A stretch of 64,000 nucleotides of DNA. Origin: Candidatus Latescibacterota bacterium (GTDB lineage Bacteria; Latescibacterota; UBA2968; GCA-2709665). Made by a program: the position numbers and the translations under genes. Positions 48,742 through 57,970 of the stretch are shown piece by piece. The notes under the pieces are model-generated. The model worked only from the letters and a program-made list of their open reading frames with translations. It had not been told where the DNA came from and ran no database searches. The DNA lies in the NCBI GenBank assembly GCA_965116875.1, contig OZ220733.1, positions 4,672,001 to 4,736,000 of the forward strand, written 5' to 3'. Positions within the stretch are counted from its first letter, which is position 1. The number at the start of each line of letters is the position of its first letter.

Positions 48742-49071
48742 ATAGCGTCTTTCCTGAGCGTTCAATCCGATTGAGAAACGAAGCGCCCTGCAGCTTTAGA
48801 AGCTCGTACTCGGCCCTGGTGTACACAACAAGGTCTATCGGAAGCCTCCTGTTTATCTCTCGGATACGATTCCGTACTGTAATTCTTGCTGCCATCCTTT
48901 CGTGATAGTTGCGCGGGACCGCCTGCGAGTCCAGCATGACCAGAAGATCGATATCGCTCGCCGCACCTTGCACCCCCGATGCGGCCGATCCGAACAGGAC
49001 GATCCTGTAAGGATCGACGTTCAAGAGAAGCGATACGATACCATCCAGATTGCTTGCTGTTTTGCATCCAT
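48713..49071 (-). CDS. Minimal nucleotidyltransferase (MNT antitoxin-like); the apparent ATG at ~49071 is out of frame with the body
   Basis: IVLFGSAASG...SDIDLLV...IDLVVYT; in-frame part 48713-49024. Confidence 0.7.
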
Positions 49072-49125
49072 ATTGTCAACTCCAACGGTATAGTCATCAG
49101 GCGACGGCTCACGAAAGCCTACATC

Positions 49126-49365
49126 TCACGCGAACTCATAGAGCGGCACTGTCGTTTCCTGCTGGCGGTCCTCCTCCAGCAGGCGTTCAATCCTCCGAAC
49201 CGTCTCGAGATTCAGCAGCACATCGCCGCAGGAGGAACAGACCTCGACCGGAACATGGTCGATGACGATCAGCTGGCCGTCATGTCGTACGGTGTGCGTC
49301 ACCTCCTTCGCTTCGTATTGTCCCTGGCATCCGTCGAAGCTGCAATTCACGTCGATCGTCTCCAT
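49126..49365 (-). CDS. YgiT/MqsA-type zinc finger protein
   Basis: CSFDGC...VIDHVPVEVCSSCGD...ETVRRIE. Confidence 0.8.
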   Translation of the reverse strand: METIDVNCSFDGCQGQYEAKEVTHTVRHDGQLIVIDHVPVEVCSSCGDVLLNLETVRRIERLLEEDRQQETTVPLYEFA

Positions 49366-49659
49366 TCATACGAAAAGCGCGTCCTTTTCGATACGTAGAA
49401 TTAACGGAGTGCGGATGTTCTTACTCAGTCGGCGGATATCCACCCTGCACCCGAGAGCTTGTTCCAGATAGATGTGAAGTCCGGCCAGATCGTCAAACTT
49501 TGGTTTCCTGAGTTCTACAACGAAATCGACGTCGCTGTCTTCCCGCTGCGTACCCGAAGCGTATGACCCGTACAGGCCGATCCGGCGGACGCCAAATTGA
49601 CGATCCAGTTCCGCTTTATTCTGGGCAAGAAACCTGAGGATGTCCTGTCTCGATTTCAT
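49366..49659 (-). CDS. Minimal nucleotidyltransferase (MNT) family protein
   Basis: FGVRRIGLYGSYASGTQREDSDVDFVVE. Confidence 0.88.
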   Translation of the reverse strand: MKSRQDILRFLAQNKAELDRQFGVRRIGLYGSYASGTQREDSDVDFVVELRKPKFDDLAGLHIYLEQALGCRVDIRRLSKNIRTPLILRIEKDALFV

Positions 49660-49702
49660 TGTCGCTTCTCAAATTACGGGTGCGTGAAGTTCGATGAAAG
49701 CA

Positions 49703-49920
49703 AAACTACGAATAACACGAATTGACGCGAATAAGGCGGAAAAGCACGAAACTACGAATATACGAAAAGGCACGAAAAGGCAGAGGCATTAAACTACGAA
49801 TAACGCGAACAAGGCGGAAAGTCACAAACTTCGAAAAAGCGCGAAAAAGGCTGAAAGGCAAAACTACGAACAGCGCGAATAGACGGGAAAAAGGCTGAGA
49901 ATCATCAAAATACGAAAAAA
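49703..49920 (+). repeat. Array of 5-6 AAACTACGAA-led units with internal 9-10-bp CGAA/GGAA periodicity
   Basis: Units start at 49703, 49749, 49791, 49826, 49861 and (degenerate) 49907. Confidence 0.85.
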
Positions 49921-49935
49921 TGGGAATGATGAGGC

Positions 49936-50321
49936 CTATTGTTCGTTTACGAAACGTTCGTATTCCAGCCCTGGATGATGGCCGAAGTTGACGAGCAGAC
50001 CGAGTTTCACGCCGGTTGATTTCAGGTAGTTGATGATCTGGGCGCGATGTTCATCGTTCAGTTGTTTCACTGCCTTGATTTCCACGACGATTTTATCGGA
50101 ACAGAGAAAATTCGGCTGGTAGAACTGATTCAACGCCAGTCTCTTATAATGAAGTCTTGAATCTTTTTTCTCCTGTTACGGGATCGCGGAAGAAGCGAAT
50201 TCTATTGCAAGACACTCCTTGTAAACCGCTTCGAGAAAGCCGGCTCCTTTCTCGTTATGCGCTTCAAAACAGCCCCTATAATTCGATAGCTTTCCTCTCT
50301 GTAGACGATTGTGCTGGTCAT
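49936..50321 (-). pseudogene. GxxExxY (PD-(D/E)XK-like) protein pseudogene
   Basis: MTSTIVYREESYRIIG[1-nt frameshift]CFEAHNEKGAGFLEAVYKECL..IP[TAA]...KIVVEIKAV..HRAQIINYLKSTGVKLGLLVNFG. Confidence 0.88.
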
Positions 50322-50326
50322 TTCTT

Positions 50327-50389
50327 TCGCTTCTGTTCGCGTCATTTGTAGTTCATCAGGTTTGCGTCTATTCGTGACTTTCGTAGTTA
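50327..50389 (-). repeat. Two AACTAC(G/A)AA periodic units, inverted relative to 49703-49920
   Basis: Minus strand AACTACGAAAGTCACGAATAGACGCAAA and AACTACAAATGACGCGAACAGAAGCGAA. Confidence 0.75.
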
Positions 50390-50487
50390 ATCAGGAACAT
50401 GGAGCGAATAGTTCGAGGATCTTGCGGTCTGTCCGAAGCGGTCCTGAGCACGTCGGTGTCCAGAACGTGGGAATTAGCGGCCATCAT
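50390..50487 (-). pseudogene. Truncated PIN (VapC-like) toxin N-terminus
   Basis: MMAANSHVLDTDVL overlaps the AbrB stop and runs into the repeat. Confidence 0.5.
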
Positions 50488-50746
50488 TGCTATAGATCTC
50501 ATCCCTATTCCACGACGTCGATCTTCCCGTCCTGACTGTCACCAGTTCCAGCTTTGGGATATCCGTATCTGTCGTACTTGTCCGGACCAACCCATCGAGA
50601 CCGGATTCATCATTCGACACGGGACGAACAACGAAGCCGCCATGCCCTTTCTCAATCTTAAGATGGTCTCCGGGACCTACCCGCAGCATGTTCAGCACCC
50701 GCTTTGGCAGGGTAACCTGGCCTTCTGAGCTCATCTTGACAATCAT
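50474..50746 (-). CDS. AbrB/MazE-type antitoxin
   Basis: KMSSEGQVTLPKRV..LRVGPGDHL; AAGGAGG SD. Confidence 0.85.
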   Translation of the reverse strand: MIVKMSSEGQVTLPKRVLNMLRVGPGDHLKIEKGHGGFVVRPVSNDESGLDGLVRTSTTDTDIPKLELVTVRTGRSTSWNRDEIYSNDGR

Positions 50747-50890
50747 TGGATCCTCCTTAAAACCAGATACTTCCTGACGTTGTTTCTATTCAGTTTCGTC
50801 GGCATTGGGAACGTCCGCATGATCGTGATGGTTGTGTCTTGGATCACGTATTGATGTGGATTGGACGAGACCGGACTGCAGAGCTCTTTT

Positions 50891-51289
50891 CTACAATTGA
50901 CGGACGTCGGGCAGGGCGGCCATCTTTCGGTCCAGGGTAAGGACCTCCAAATCAGCGCGTGTATAGTCGTCGGCGATCAGCCGATCAAACAGGCCGGCGC
51001 TGCCGGAAGCCTCAAGGGCTTCGAAAACCGAGCCGCCGTTCAGGGGGGAGACCAGGCCGCTGCGCAGCGCGTCTAGCAATGATTCTCGTGCATCGGCTTT
51101 TGATACGCCATAGTGGTGCTGTACCGCAACGTAGGTCTCTCCGATGACCTGGTTTGAAGCGAAGACCTCGTGGCCATGCTCGTTGATCAGCGTCCCTAGT
51201 CTGCTTACGCAGTAGGCGAAGTCTTCTTCCGGGTCTCTTGTGAGCAAACGCACGAGGACTGACGTGTCAATCCCGAAGCGAAGGGGCAT
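50891..51289 (-). CDS. PIN domain (VapC-like) toxin
   Basis: GIDTSVLVR, GETY, FDRLI, TLDRK. Confidence 0.85.
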   Translation of the reverse strand: MPLRFGIDTSVLVRLLTRDPEEDFAYCVSRLGTLINEHGHEVFASNQVIGETYVAVQHHYGVSKADARESLLDALRSGLVSPLNGGSVFEALEASGSAGLFDRLIADDYTRADLEVLTLDRKMAALPDVRQL

Positions 51290-51509
51290 ACGATTGCTCC
51301 CTGAAGTCCTGAAGATCAAACGTCCCCTGACCGCGCCGGATCTTATCGCGTAACGTCCCGAGACGGGAAAGATCGATGCGTCTGGGCTTCAGGGCGAATC
51401 CGTCGGGCCCTTCAACGATTTCCAGATGGTCGCCCGGGCCAACCCCCAGTGCGTCCAGCACGCGCGCAGGAAAGGTGACCTGGCGTTTTGAAGTGATTTT
51501 GACAATCAT
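51267..51509 (-). CDS. AbrB/MazE-type antitoxin (VapB-like)
   Basis: KITSKRQVTFPARVLDALGVGPGD; overlaps the PIN gene. Confidence 0.87.
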   Translation of the reverse strand: MIVKITSKRQVTFPARVLDALGVGPGDHLEIVEGPDGFALKPRRIDLSRLGTLRDKIRRGQGTFDLQDFREQSYAPSLRD

Positions 51510-51687
51510 CGCATGCCTCCTTACTTAAATTATAATATAGTAAGGTGAGCGTGTCAAGTCTGAGGCCCAGTCAAGACAATGGAGCAGATGACTCGCGGTT
51601 CACGAACATATCGACCGCTAAAGAACGAACATTGGACAGATTTGACGAACGCCTGAAATAGACGACAAACGATCCGGACGACATGTA

Positions 51688-51735
51688 GAATCCCACCTTC
51701 GTCACACCCGCCAATGCTTCGTCCAATGTCATCAT
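51688..51735 (-). pseudogene. PIN toxin 5' remnant (paralog of 55162-55638)
   Basis: MMTLDEALAGVTKVGF, then loss of similarity. Confidence 0.65.
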
Positions 51736-51737
51736 GG

Positions 51738-51962
51738 TTAACGATCCCACTCTTCCCGAAGGCGATCAACGTACTTTTGAGCATCCATTCCTTGCCAGAT
51801 TTCCTTACCCAATCCATGCAATTCCAGAATGCTCCTGTCTTTGGGCTCCTGTTGGGCGATGAGAGCCAAATCATGAACCGTCATATCCAACAGGCGAAGG
51901 CGGTCTGCTGTTGGCAACGGTTTGACAACTTTTTCGTAGATGCCCTCCAATTGTTCCGCCAC
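51738..51962 (-). CDS. Putative antitoxin (paralog of 55641-55865)
   Basis: RSILELHGLGKEIWQGMDAQKYVDRLREEW, directly upstream of the PIN remnant. Confidence 0.7.
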   Translation of the reverse strand: MAEQLEGIYEKVVKPLPTADRLRLLDMTVHDLALIAQQEPKDRSILELHGLGKEIWQGMDAQKYVDRLREEWDR

Positions 51963-51985
51963 AATCTTTCCTTTCTCTTTGCGCG

Positions 51986-53170
51986 TTAAATTGTCACGTT
52001 GTCCGGCATCTCCCCCACTGGTCGGTCCGGCCCCGGTCGAAAATCAGGCACCTTCATGAGCTTGCCGCCTTCGACAATTGAATCGTGCGCCCGGATGGCG
52101 GGTGCGGTTGTATCCATCGCCCTGTAGACGTCCAGCGGCAGCGGCGTTCCTTCGCGCACCGCGTCCCTGAAATGCGTGTGAACGTAATAGTCGGCATCGC
52201 CGTGACCGCTGCCCCGGGCGCCTGACGGGGCATCCGTGCGCTGATACTGCCAGTCCACGTCCGCCCAGTCGTTCATCTGGGTATCGGCAAGCCACATCTT
52301 CGGCTTCTCGTTGAGCGACCGCCGCCACTCGACGCTGCCCTTCGTGCCGATGAACTGCCACCAGTGGTGATCGCCGTGCGGCCTGGGCTGGGTGAATCCG
52401 CACAGCATCCGGATCACCGTGTCCTTCTCCGTCTTCATCAGCGCGACCTGCATATCCGCGCGTGAGATCTCGGGGAACGCGTAGCTGGGCTCCTTCGTGC
52501 TCATCCCTACGACCTCCGCGACCCGGTCGTCCAGAACTGTCAGCACCACGTCCATATCGTGCGAACCGATGCCTCCGACGATCACCGGAAGCGAGTGCAG
52601 CACGGTGGGTTCGGCTTCCGGATGGTCGGGCAGCGCTTCGATGGGATATTGTCTTCCCGTCTTGAAATCCTGGAAGTATTGATGGGTGCCGTACCACCCG
52701 ACGTACTGGCCCTCGGCATAGGTAATCTTGCCCAGCCGTCCCTCCGCCACCATCCGCCGCCAGCCTTCAACGACACCCCAGAACCGCGTCTGCTCGGCGA
52801 GGCTGTAGACCAGTCCGGTCCGCTCCACGTCCGTTACGATCCGCCAGCAGTCCGCCATGGTATAGGCCGCGGGCACTTCTGAGTTCACTTGTTTCCCGGC
52901 CTCCAGCGCCCGCGCCGCCATCTCCCCCACCTCCTTCCGCCTCACGCAAAGGCCGACCGCGTCCATCCCTTCGTACGACAGGAAGTCTTCGTAGTCCGAG
53001 AACACCCTTACGTCGGCGCCATAGCTGATGTGCCCCAGCGCACGCTCCTGCAGCGGCTCGATCCAGTCGTACACCGCTGTAATCCGGAAACCCGGGATCT
53101 CCTGCAACAGGCGGATCCAGTGCAGCCCGCGATGGCCCAGCCCGGCGATCCCGATTCGCACGTCGTCCAT
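51986..53170 (-). CDS. Gfo/Idh/MocA family oxidoreductase
   Basis: IGIAGLGHRG, ALEAGKQVNSEVP, SGHGDADY. Confidence 0.88.
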   Translation of the reverse strand: MDDVRIGIAGLGHRGLHWIRLLQEIPGFRITAVYDWIEPLQERALGHISYGADVRVFSDYEDFLSYEGMDAVGLCVRRKEVGEMAARALEAGKQVNSEVPAAYTMADCWRIVTDVERTGLVYSLAEQTRFWGVVEGWRRMVAEGRLGKITYAEGQYVGWYGTHQYFQDFKTGRQYPIEALPDHPEAEPTVLHSLPVIVGGIGSHDMDVVLTVLDDRVAEVVGMSTKEPSYAFPEISRADMQVALMKTEKDTVIRMLCGFTQPRPHGDHHWWQFIGTKGSVEWRRSLNEKPKMWLADTQMNDWADVDWQYQRTDAPSGARGSGHGDADYYVHTHFRDAVREGTPLPLDVYRAMDTTAPAIRAHDSIVEGGKLMKVPDFRPGPDRPVGEMPDNVTI

Positions 53171-53182
53171 ATCGCGCTCCCC

Positions 53183-54286
53183 TCACCCTCTCCTGGAAAC
53201 CCGAACCGGGCTGACGAAGAGGTCCTCCGGCAGCAGGCTCGTCGTCACGATTGAATGCGTATGATTGAAGCCGTCGGTGGTGACCTGGGCCATTGCCGTG
53301 AAATACGTGCTTTCTCCACTCACGCCGCAGCGGTTTCCACCGCTGTGTCCCCGCAGCCAGTCCGGATCGACCAGTTGCTCGCCCTCCCACCGCCCCCGTG
53401 TCGCCAGCAAATGGCCGAAACGGGCGATATCCAAAGGGCTCATCACCACCCAGCCCGGACCGCTCCGTACCACGTGGCCGTTGATTTCAAAGGGCGGATC
53501 GAGATACGTGTACGAATCGGGTATGTCCGGATAGAAGAACCTGCTTTCGCTCACCGCCTTTCCCGTGTACCAGTCCCACCGCTCTGGCGGAATCCCGATC
53601 TTTCCAAACAGCCGCTCGTCCAGCACGTCTTTCAGGTCCCGGTCCCACACGCAGGTCAGCGCCTGACCCAGCCGCCAGAACCCGGCGCTGCTATAATGGT
53701 CTACCGTGCCGGGTTCGACGTGCGAATAGAGATCGTAGAACGGATCCCCAGTCCAGGTCGCCCACGCCGGACACCATCGGTCCGCCTCCGTCCGGGAGCG
53801 ACCCTCACGGCCCTTCGACCACTCGTTTCCCAGTTCCATGGGGAAGCCCCCCTGGTGTGTTCTATTCCTCTTCGGACCGATGAGATGGCGCCAGGTAAGC
53901 GTCCGGTGGTGTCCATGGTTCAGGTATTTGTGTGGATGCGAAAGCTCGCCTTCACCGGTCCAGGACCTGTGGATCGGGTCATCCGGGTCCAGCATCCCCT
54001 CTTCCACGGCAAATCCGATCAGCACCCACATGAACGCCTTGCCCATCGAGGCGGTCTGAAACCGGTAGTGCCGGTCGCCCCAGGTATGTACCAGGTACCC
54101 GCCTCGCGTAATCACGGTGCCCCATTTGTTTCCGGTGTGGTCCTCGCCGCCGAATGACGCACCTTTAACGTCCAGGCCCGACAGGAAGCGTTCGAATTTC
54201 CCAACGTCCAATCCGGCTTCAGCGGGCGAAATCTCGTTCCAGTCGTCCTTCGGATATGTCACCCAATCCGGGATCTCGCATTCCAT
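53183..54286 (-). CDS. Serine hydrolase (beta-lactamase/class C-like fold)
   Basis: SxxK motif ASMGK, HYSSAG, DIARFGHL..RGRWEGEQLV. Confidence 0.75.
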   Translation of the reverse strand: MECEIPDWVTYPKDDWNEISPAEAGLDVGKFERFLSGLDVKGASFGGEDHTGNKWGTVITRGGYLVHTWGDRHYRFQTASMGKAFMWVLIGFAVEEGMLDPDDPIHRSWTGEGELSHPHKYLNHGHHRTLTWRHLIGPKRNRTHQGGFPMELGNEWSKGREGRSRTEADRWCPAWATWTGDPFYDLYSHVEPGTVDHYSSAGFWRLGQALTCVWDRDLKDVLDERLFGKIGIPPERWDWYTGKAVSESRFFYPDIPDSYTYLDPPFEINGHVVRSGPGWVVMSPLDIARFGHLLATRGRWEGEQLVDPDWLRGHSGGNRCGVSGESTYFTAMAQVTTDGFNHTHSIVTTSLLPEDLFVSPVRVSRRG

Positions 54287-54440
54287 ATTATCGTCCCCGC
54301 ATCAGACATGTTGCAAGGGTTCGCCTCAATTCTCAAAGAGAAAACCGTCAATTTGGCCACAAAAAGCACAAGAGGTTTCGGTGCGAAACGGCGTGTACGG
54401 AAAAACGAGCTACTTTTTCAATGCGAACCAACTCCCATAT

Positions 54441-55058
54441 TCAATTTGTCTCTCCATCGCCGTATGCCTCAAGTACGGCGGTTCGCAACTGCCGATACCC
54501 GACCGGCGCGGCTCCCAGTTCCCGCAAACGCGAGAGCCTGACGGTCTTCTGGTCGCCGAGCACCTCATCCAGCGTTTTTGTGGGCACGACGGTAAACTCC
54601 CACTGTGTCAGTTCGAGAGGGTTGATAGTCATTTCGTCACGATGAAAAAGCAGGCAGAAAACATAGACGTCGGCGCTACGAATTGGTGTTTCCGAGTATT
54701 CCCCCGTCACTGAATCCCAGGACAAGGTTTTCGCGATACGAAAGTCAATTCGAGATGGTCGCGGCTGACGCCAGGACTGAATGTATGCCGCAGATTTGAC
54801 CTCAATTGAAATCCCCTCGGGCGTCCTGATGTCAACCTGATCCCATTCGACCCGTACGGCTGCGTGGTTCCATGCCCCAGTGGCCTGGCCGACAATGTAT
54901 TCAGCGACCATTCCGCGAAAAGCGTTGTTCAAAACGTCTGAACCCATCCAGACCCAGAAGTCAAGTATGGTGAAGGAGGTCGACTTCCCATCAACAGTAA
55001 AGGTAGACTGAGGTCGAAGTCGCTGTGGACCGTGCTGAACCGACTGAAACTCGCTCAT
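54441..55058 (-). CDS. Hypothetical PD-(D/E)XK restriction-endonuclease-like protein
   Basis: RGMVAEYIV...WDQVDI...IEVKSAAY. Confidence 0.6.
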   Translation of the reverse strand: MSEFQSVQHGPQRLRPQSTFTVDGKSTSFTILDFWVWMGSDVLNNAFRGMVAEYIVGQATGAWNHAAVRVEWDQVDIRTPEGISIEVKSAAYIQSWRQPRPSRIDFRIAKTLSWDSVTGEYSETPIRSADVYVFCLLFHRDEMTINPLELTQWEFTVVPTKTLDEVLGDQKTVRLSRLRELGAAPVGYRQLRTAVLEAYGDGETN

Positions 55059-55161
55059 TGTTTTCGTTCCAAAGGCGTAGACTTCCGAGGCCGCCACCAG
55101 GCACCCAGCATTCCCCGATGGGAATTGCGGAACAACGCTGGATTCATGAAGATGTGTAGTT

Positions 55162-55638
55162 CTATTCCACAACCGTTCCGCCTTCTGGTTTGAATTCTAA
55201 CTCACTGAGAATGAGCACGTTCACATCCTCGACCCGTTCAAGTGCTTTATCGTTGGTCAGAAATACCCCACACTTCGCAGTCGCAGCTACAGCAACCTAC
55301 AAAGCGTCAGGCGTGCGCAACCCATACCGCGCCCGAAGACCTGCGGCTTGCTCGGCAATCTCTGCATCGACGGGCAGCGTATGGAAATTGGCACTGTGAA
55401 GCAACAGATCGCGATACTCTCTTTGTAGATGAATCTTCCCTTGTTTCATTGGTTGAGTTAACACTTCCGTCAAGGTAATCGCCGACGTAAACCCTGTACT
55501 GATCCCTTGATCGATTCGGCGAAAAATCTCCGTTACCAACTCGTCGTACTCCGGATGTGTTTCTATCAGATAAATGATGGGCGATGTGTCGAATCCCACC
55601 GTCGTCACACCCGCCAATGCTTCATCCAACATCATCAT
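55162..55638 (-). pseudogene. PIN (VapC-like) toxin with in-frame TAG
   Basis: GFDTSPIIY...LRTPDAL[TAG at 55297-55299]VAVA...FLTNDKAL continues in frame. Confidence 0.85.
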
Positions 55639-55640
55639 GG

Positions 55641-55865
55641 TTAACGCTCCCACTCTTCGCGAAGGCGATCAACGTACTTTTGCGCATCCATTCCTTGCCA
55701 GATTTCCTTTCCTAATCCACGCAACTCCAAAATGCTCCTGTTTTTGGGATCCTGCCGGGCAATGAGAGCCAAATCGTGAGCCGTCATTTCCAACAGGCGA
55801 AGGCGCTCTGCTGTCGGCAATGGTTTGACGTATTTTTCGTAGATGTCCTCCAATTGATCCGCCAT
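55641..55865 (-). CDS. Putative antitoxin
   Basis: Close paralog of 51738-51962; immediately upstream of the PIN gene. Confidence 0.7.
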   Translation of the reverse strand: MADQLEDIYEKYVKPLPTAERLRLLEMTAHDLALIARQDPKNRSILELRGLGKEIWQGMDAQKYVDRLREEWER

Positions 55866-55912
55866 ACTGATTCCTTTCTCTTTGCGCGTTAAATGGTCAC
55901 GCTGTTTGGAAC

Positions 55913-56116
55913 TCATGTCGGTTCTACTCTATATATCGTTTCAGCTACTTTCAATTGGGTGCACCTCAATCCAAAATTCCCTGCGAGTTCAGTCTCCGGT
56001 TCTAATCAAACCTTAGCCTCACCTTCCGTACGGATCACATGAACATGCATCCGTGGCTCCTCTCGGGAGAAGAGAAAGAACCTGAATCCACGTTCTCTGT
56101 GAATCGTGGGCGCCAT
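55913..56116 (-). pseudogene. DUF4160-like protein pseudogene
   Basis: MAPTIHRERGFRFFLFSREEPRMHVHV..EAKV[TGA at 56006-56008]LEP; AGGAGG SD; absent from the ORF track. Confidence 0.75.
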
Positions 56117-56424
56117 AACGGGACTCCTCCTGTTACGGTTTCATCCCGGTTAACCGTTTTCGTTGGCTCTAGCGGATTTCCGTGGATTGACTGCACGATT
56201 GCCCATTGGAGACAACCGTTTCTTTCTCTCAAAAATGCCGCTTACATTCCTCTGGGCTGTATTACCTGTTATCCGCAGGGATATTCGAGTACAATGCGTG
56301 GCACTGATTTTTCACATATGCTTGAGACTTTCCGTCCGATGGAATGGCGATCCAATGATCGGTGTACAGATTCAAGTCTTCATTGGAATCGATGTTCGGG
56401 AGTAAGCGGACTGGGATTCCTTCA

Positions 56425-57312
56425 CTATTTCTTGAACATATCCCTTGCGTGCACAAAAACCTGTTTAAGAGCGTCCCGCTGTGAATCATCCATGTCTTCA
56501 CGAATAGGAACAATGTACTCTTGATCTTGCGGTGTATAGTCAATACCGACACTATCCAATAGTTCATCAGTCTCTAGATCCTGCGGAAGCCTAATCTCCA
56601 TCCTCACATGCCCCCTGCGTGGCCTAAACTTGACGAAATTCAATGTGTTGCCGTCGACTTCAAGCCCAATATAGTACTTGTTGTACTTGAGTGTAGCGCT
56701 AGACTCGACTTCTTTCACGACCGCGAATAGGTCGTCTGTTAAACTCAGCGTCTTCTTTGTGCCTCGAACCGTTTCCCAGTACGACCGGTCAACTGGTTGC
56801 GGTAACGGCTCATCATCGTCGACTGGCCCGCCCCTGATTTCGTCCAATACTTTAACGAAAGTCAACGCATATTGGTTATCTGTATGGTACGCGGTCATCT
56901 TGAGCGCGATCAACGGAATTGCACCGTTAAACAACTGGATTACGTTGAAAAATCGCGTCGTAATGTCCTCCGCCACGATAACAGCCGCGTGCTTGTATTG
57001 TGGATTTCGTCTGCGTTCGCAGTCCCAATACTCAATGGTGCGAATAATATGACTCTCGTCTGTCGCACCAAGCTGAATCTCAACTTCATACCGCTTCGAC
57101 GTATTGGGGTCAACAAGAAGCAGGTCGAGGCGACCGCCGTTCGGTTGCCGTCTCTCTCGATCGCGGACCTCAAGTTCACTAGCTAATCCCAGAATAGTTG
57201 GATCATCGGCGATCAGATCCTGCACTTGTTTCTCAGAGATTTGTTTCAACCCTTTTAGACTAACTGGTTCGAGTTTGGTAAACTTTGAGAGTGTTTCGTT
57301 CTCGGTAGACAT
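56425..57312 (-). CDS. NucS-like PD-(D/E)XK nuclease domain plus DUF5655-like C-terminal domain
   Basis: EKQVQDLI..GRLDLLL..YEVEIQLG; lower GC than the core genes. Confidence 0.6.
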   Translation of the reverse strand: MSTENETLSKFTKLEPVSLKGLKQISEKQVQDLIADDPTILGLASELEVRDRERRQPNGGRLDLLLVDPNTSKRYEVEIQLGATDESHIIRTIEYWDCERRRNPQYKHAAVIVAEDITTRFFNVIQLFNGAIPLIALKMTAYHTDNQYALTFVKVLDEIRGGPVDDDEPLPQPVDRSYWETVRGTKKTLSLTDDLFAVVKEVESSATLKYNKYYIGLEVDGNTLNFVKFRPRRGHVRMEIRLPQDLETDELLDSVGIDYTPQDQEYIVPIREDMDDSQRDALKQVFVHARDMFKK

Positions 57313-57405
57313 GGCGCGCTCCCTTCATAAATTCGTTTCGGACGTGCTGCCTATCGGGTCGGGCTCCGTCAGTGGCATAAGCTCAGATGTCATCCGATGC
57401 CGCAG

Positions 57406-57692
57406 GAGATGCTTCGTCGGCCTGACGGCTTCCTCAGCAAGACAATTTAGCCCGGGCGTGACGTAAGCTCCTCTACTTTCTCATTTTCGACAGAAGGACA
57501 TCGAGGCAGGCAGACAGGAATGTCTGCCCCACCTTCATATAGGCTTCCTGAGCGTGACAGCAATTCGCACCTTAGAAGCTGAAAGGAGTTACGTAGAGTT
57601 GAACTCCCCCTCCGCATCAGCCGTCGCCGGCCCTTCGACAAGCTCAGGGACCGGCTCGGCTTCTGCGACTCCCCCTCAAGGGGTGAGTGATT
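57406..57692. repeat. Cluster of REP-like palindromes
   Basis: 57406 GAGATGCTTCGTCGGCC...; 57509 GGCAGACAGGAATGTCTGCCCCACC; 57633 CTTCGACAAGCTCAGGGACCG nested between two ACTCCCCCTC. Confidence 0.7.
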
Positions 57693-57799
57693 AAACCCGT
57701 AGTCCGCTATACTCCACCACTTTGTATCGAAGCTTGCTACCTACAACACCAGACGATCCGCATGGATGCGAAGGCGTCCAGGGACATTTCCCGATCAAC

Positions 57800-57838
57800 A
57801 AAAAAAACGGCCATTCAGACTCGAAGGTGAAATGGCCA
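57800..57838 (-). terminator. Intrinsic terminator downstream of tRNA-Gly
   Basis: GGCCATT...AATGGCC stem followed by a T-run on the minus strand. Confidence 0.55.
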
Positions 57839-57864
57839 TTGATTGCGCGATAAAGCTGTTTTTA

Positions 57865-57940
57865 TGGAGCGGGAAACGGGACTCGAACCCGCGACATCAA
57901 GCTTGGGAAGCTTGCGCTCTACCAGCTGAGCTATTCCCGC
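57865..57940 (-). tRNA. tRNA-Gly(CCC)
   Basis: GCGGGAATAGCTCAGCTGGTAGAGCGCAAGCTTCCCAAGCTTGATGTCGCGGGTTCGAGTCCCGTTTCCCGCTCCA; cloverleaf with encoded CCA. Confidence 0.97.
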
Positions 57941-57970
57941 CCCGGTACCTGTCGAAAATAACCATCGCCA

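Noticed and set aside
49703-49920. Possible CRISPR array
   Set aside because: The conserved part is only ~10 bp, the intervening sequences resemble each other, the period is irregular (35-46 bp) and no cas genes are present
55162-56116. Stop-codon recoding (TAG/TGA read-through, Sec/Pyl)
   Set aside because: Three different stops occur, each one substitution from the expected codon, only in decayed genes; core genes use the standard code
46990-57940. Classical tRNA-integrated prophage or ICE
   Set aside because: No integrase, phage or conjugation genes, and no duplicate of the tRNA 3' end seen
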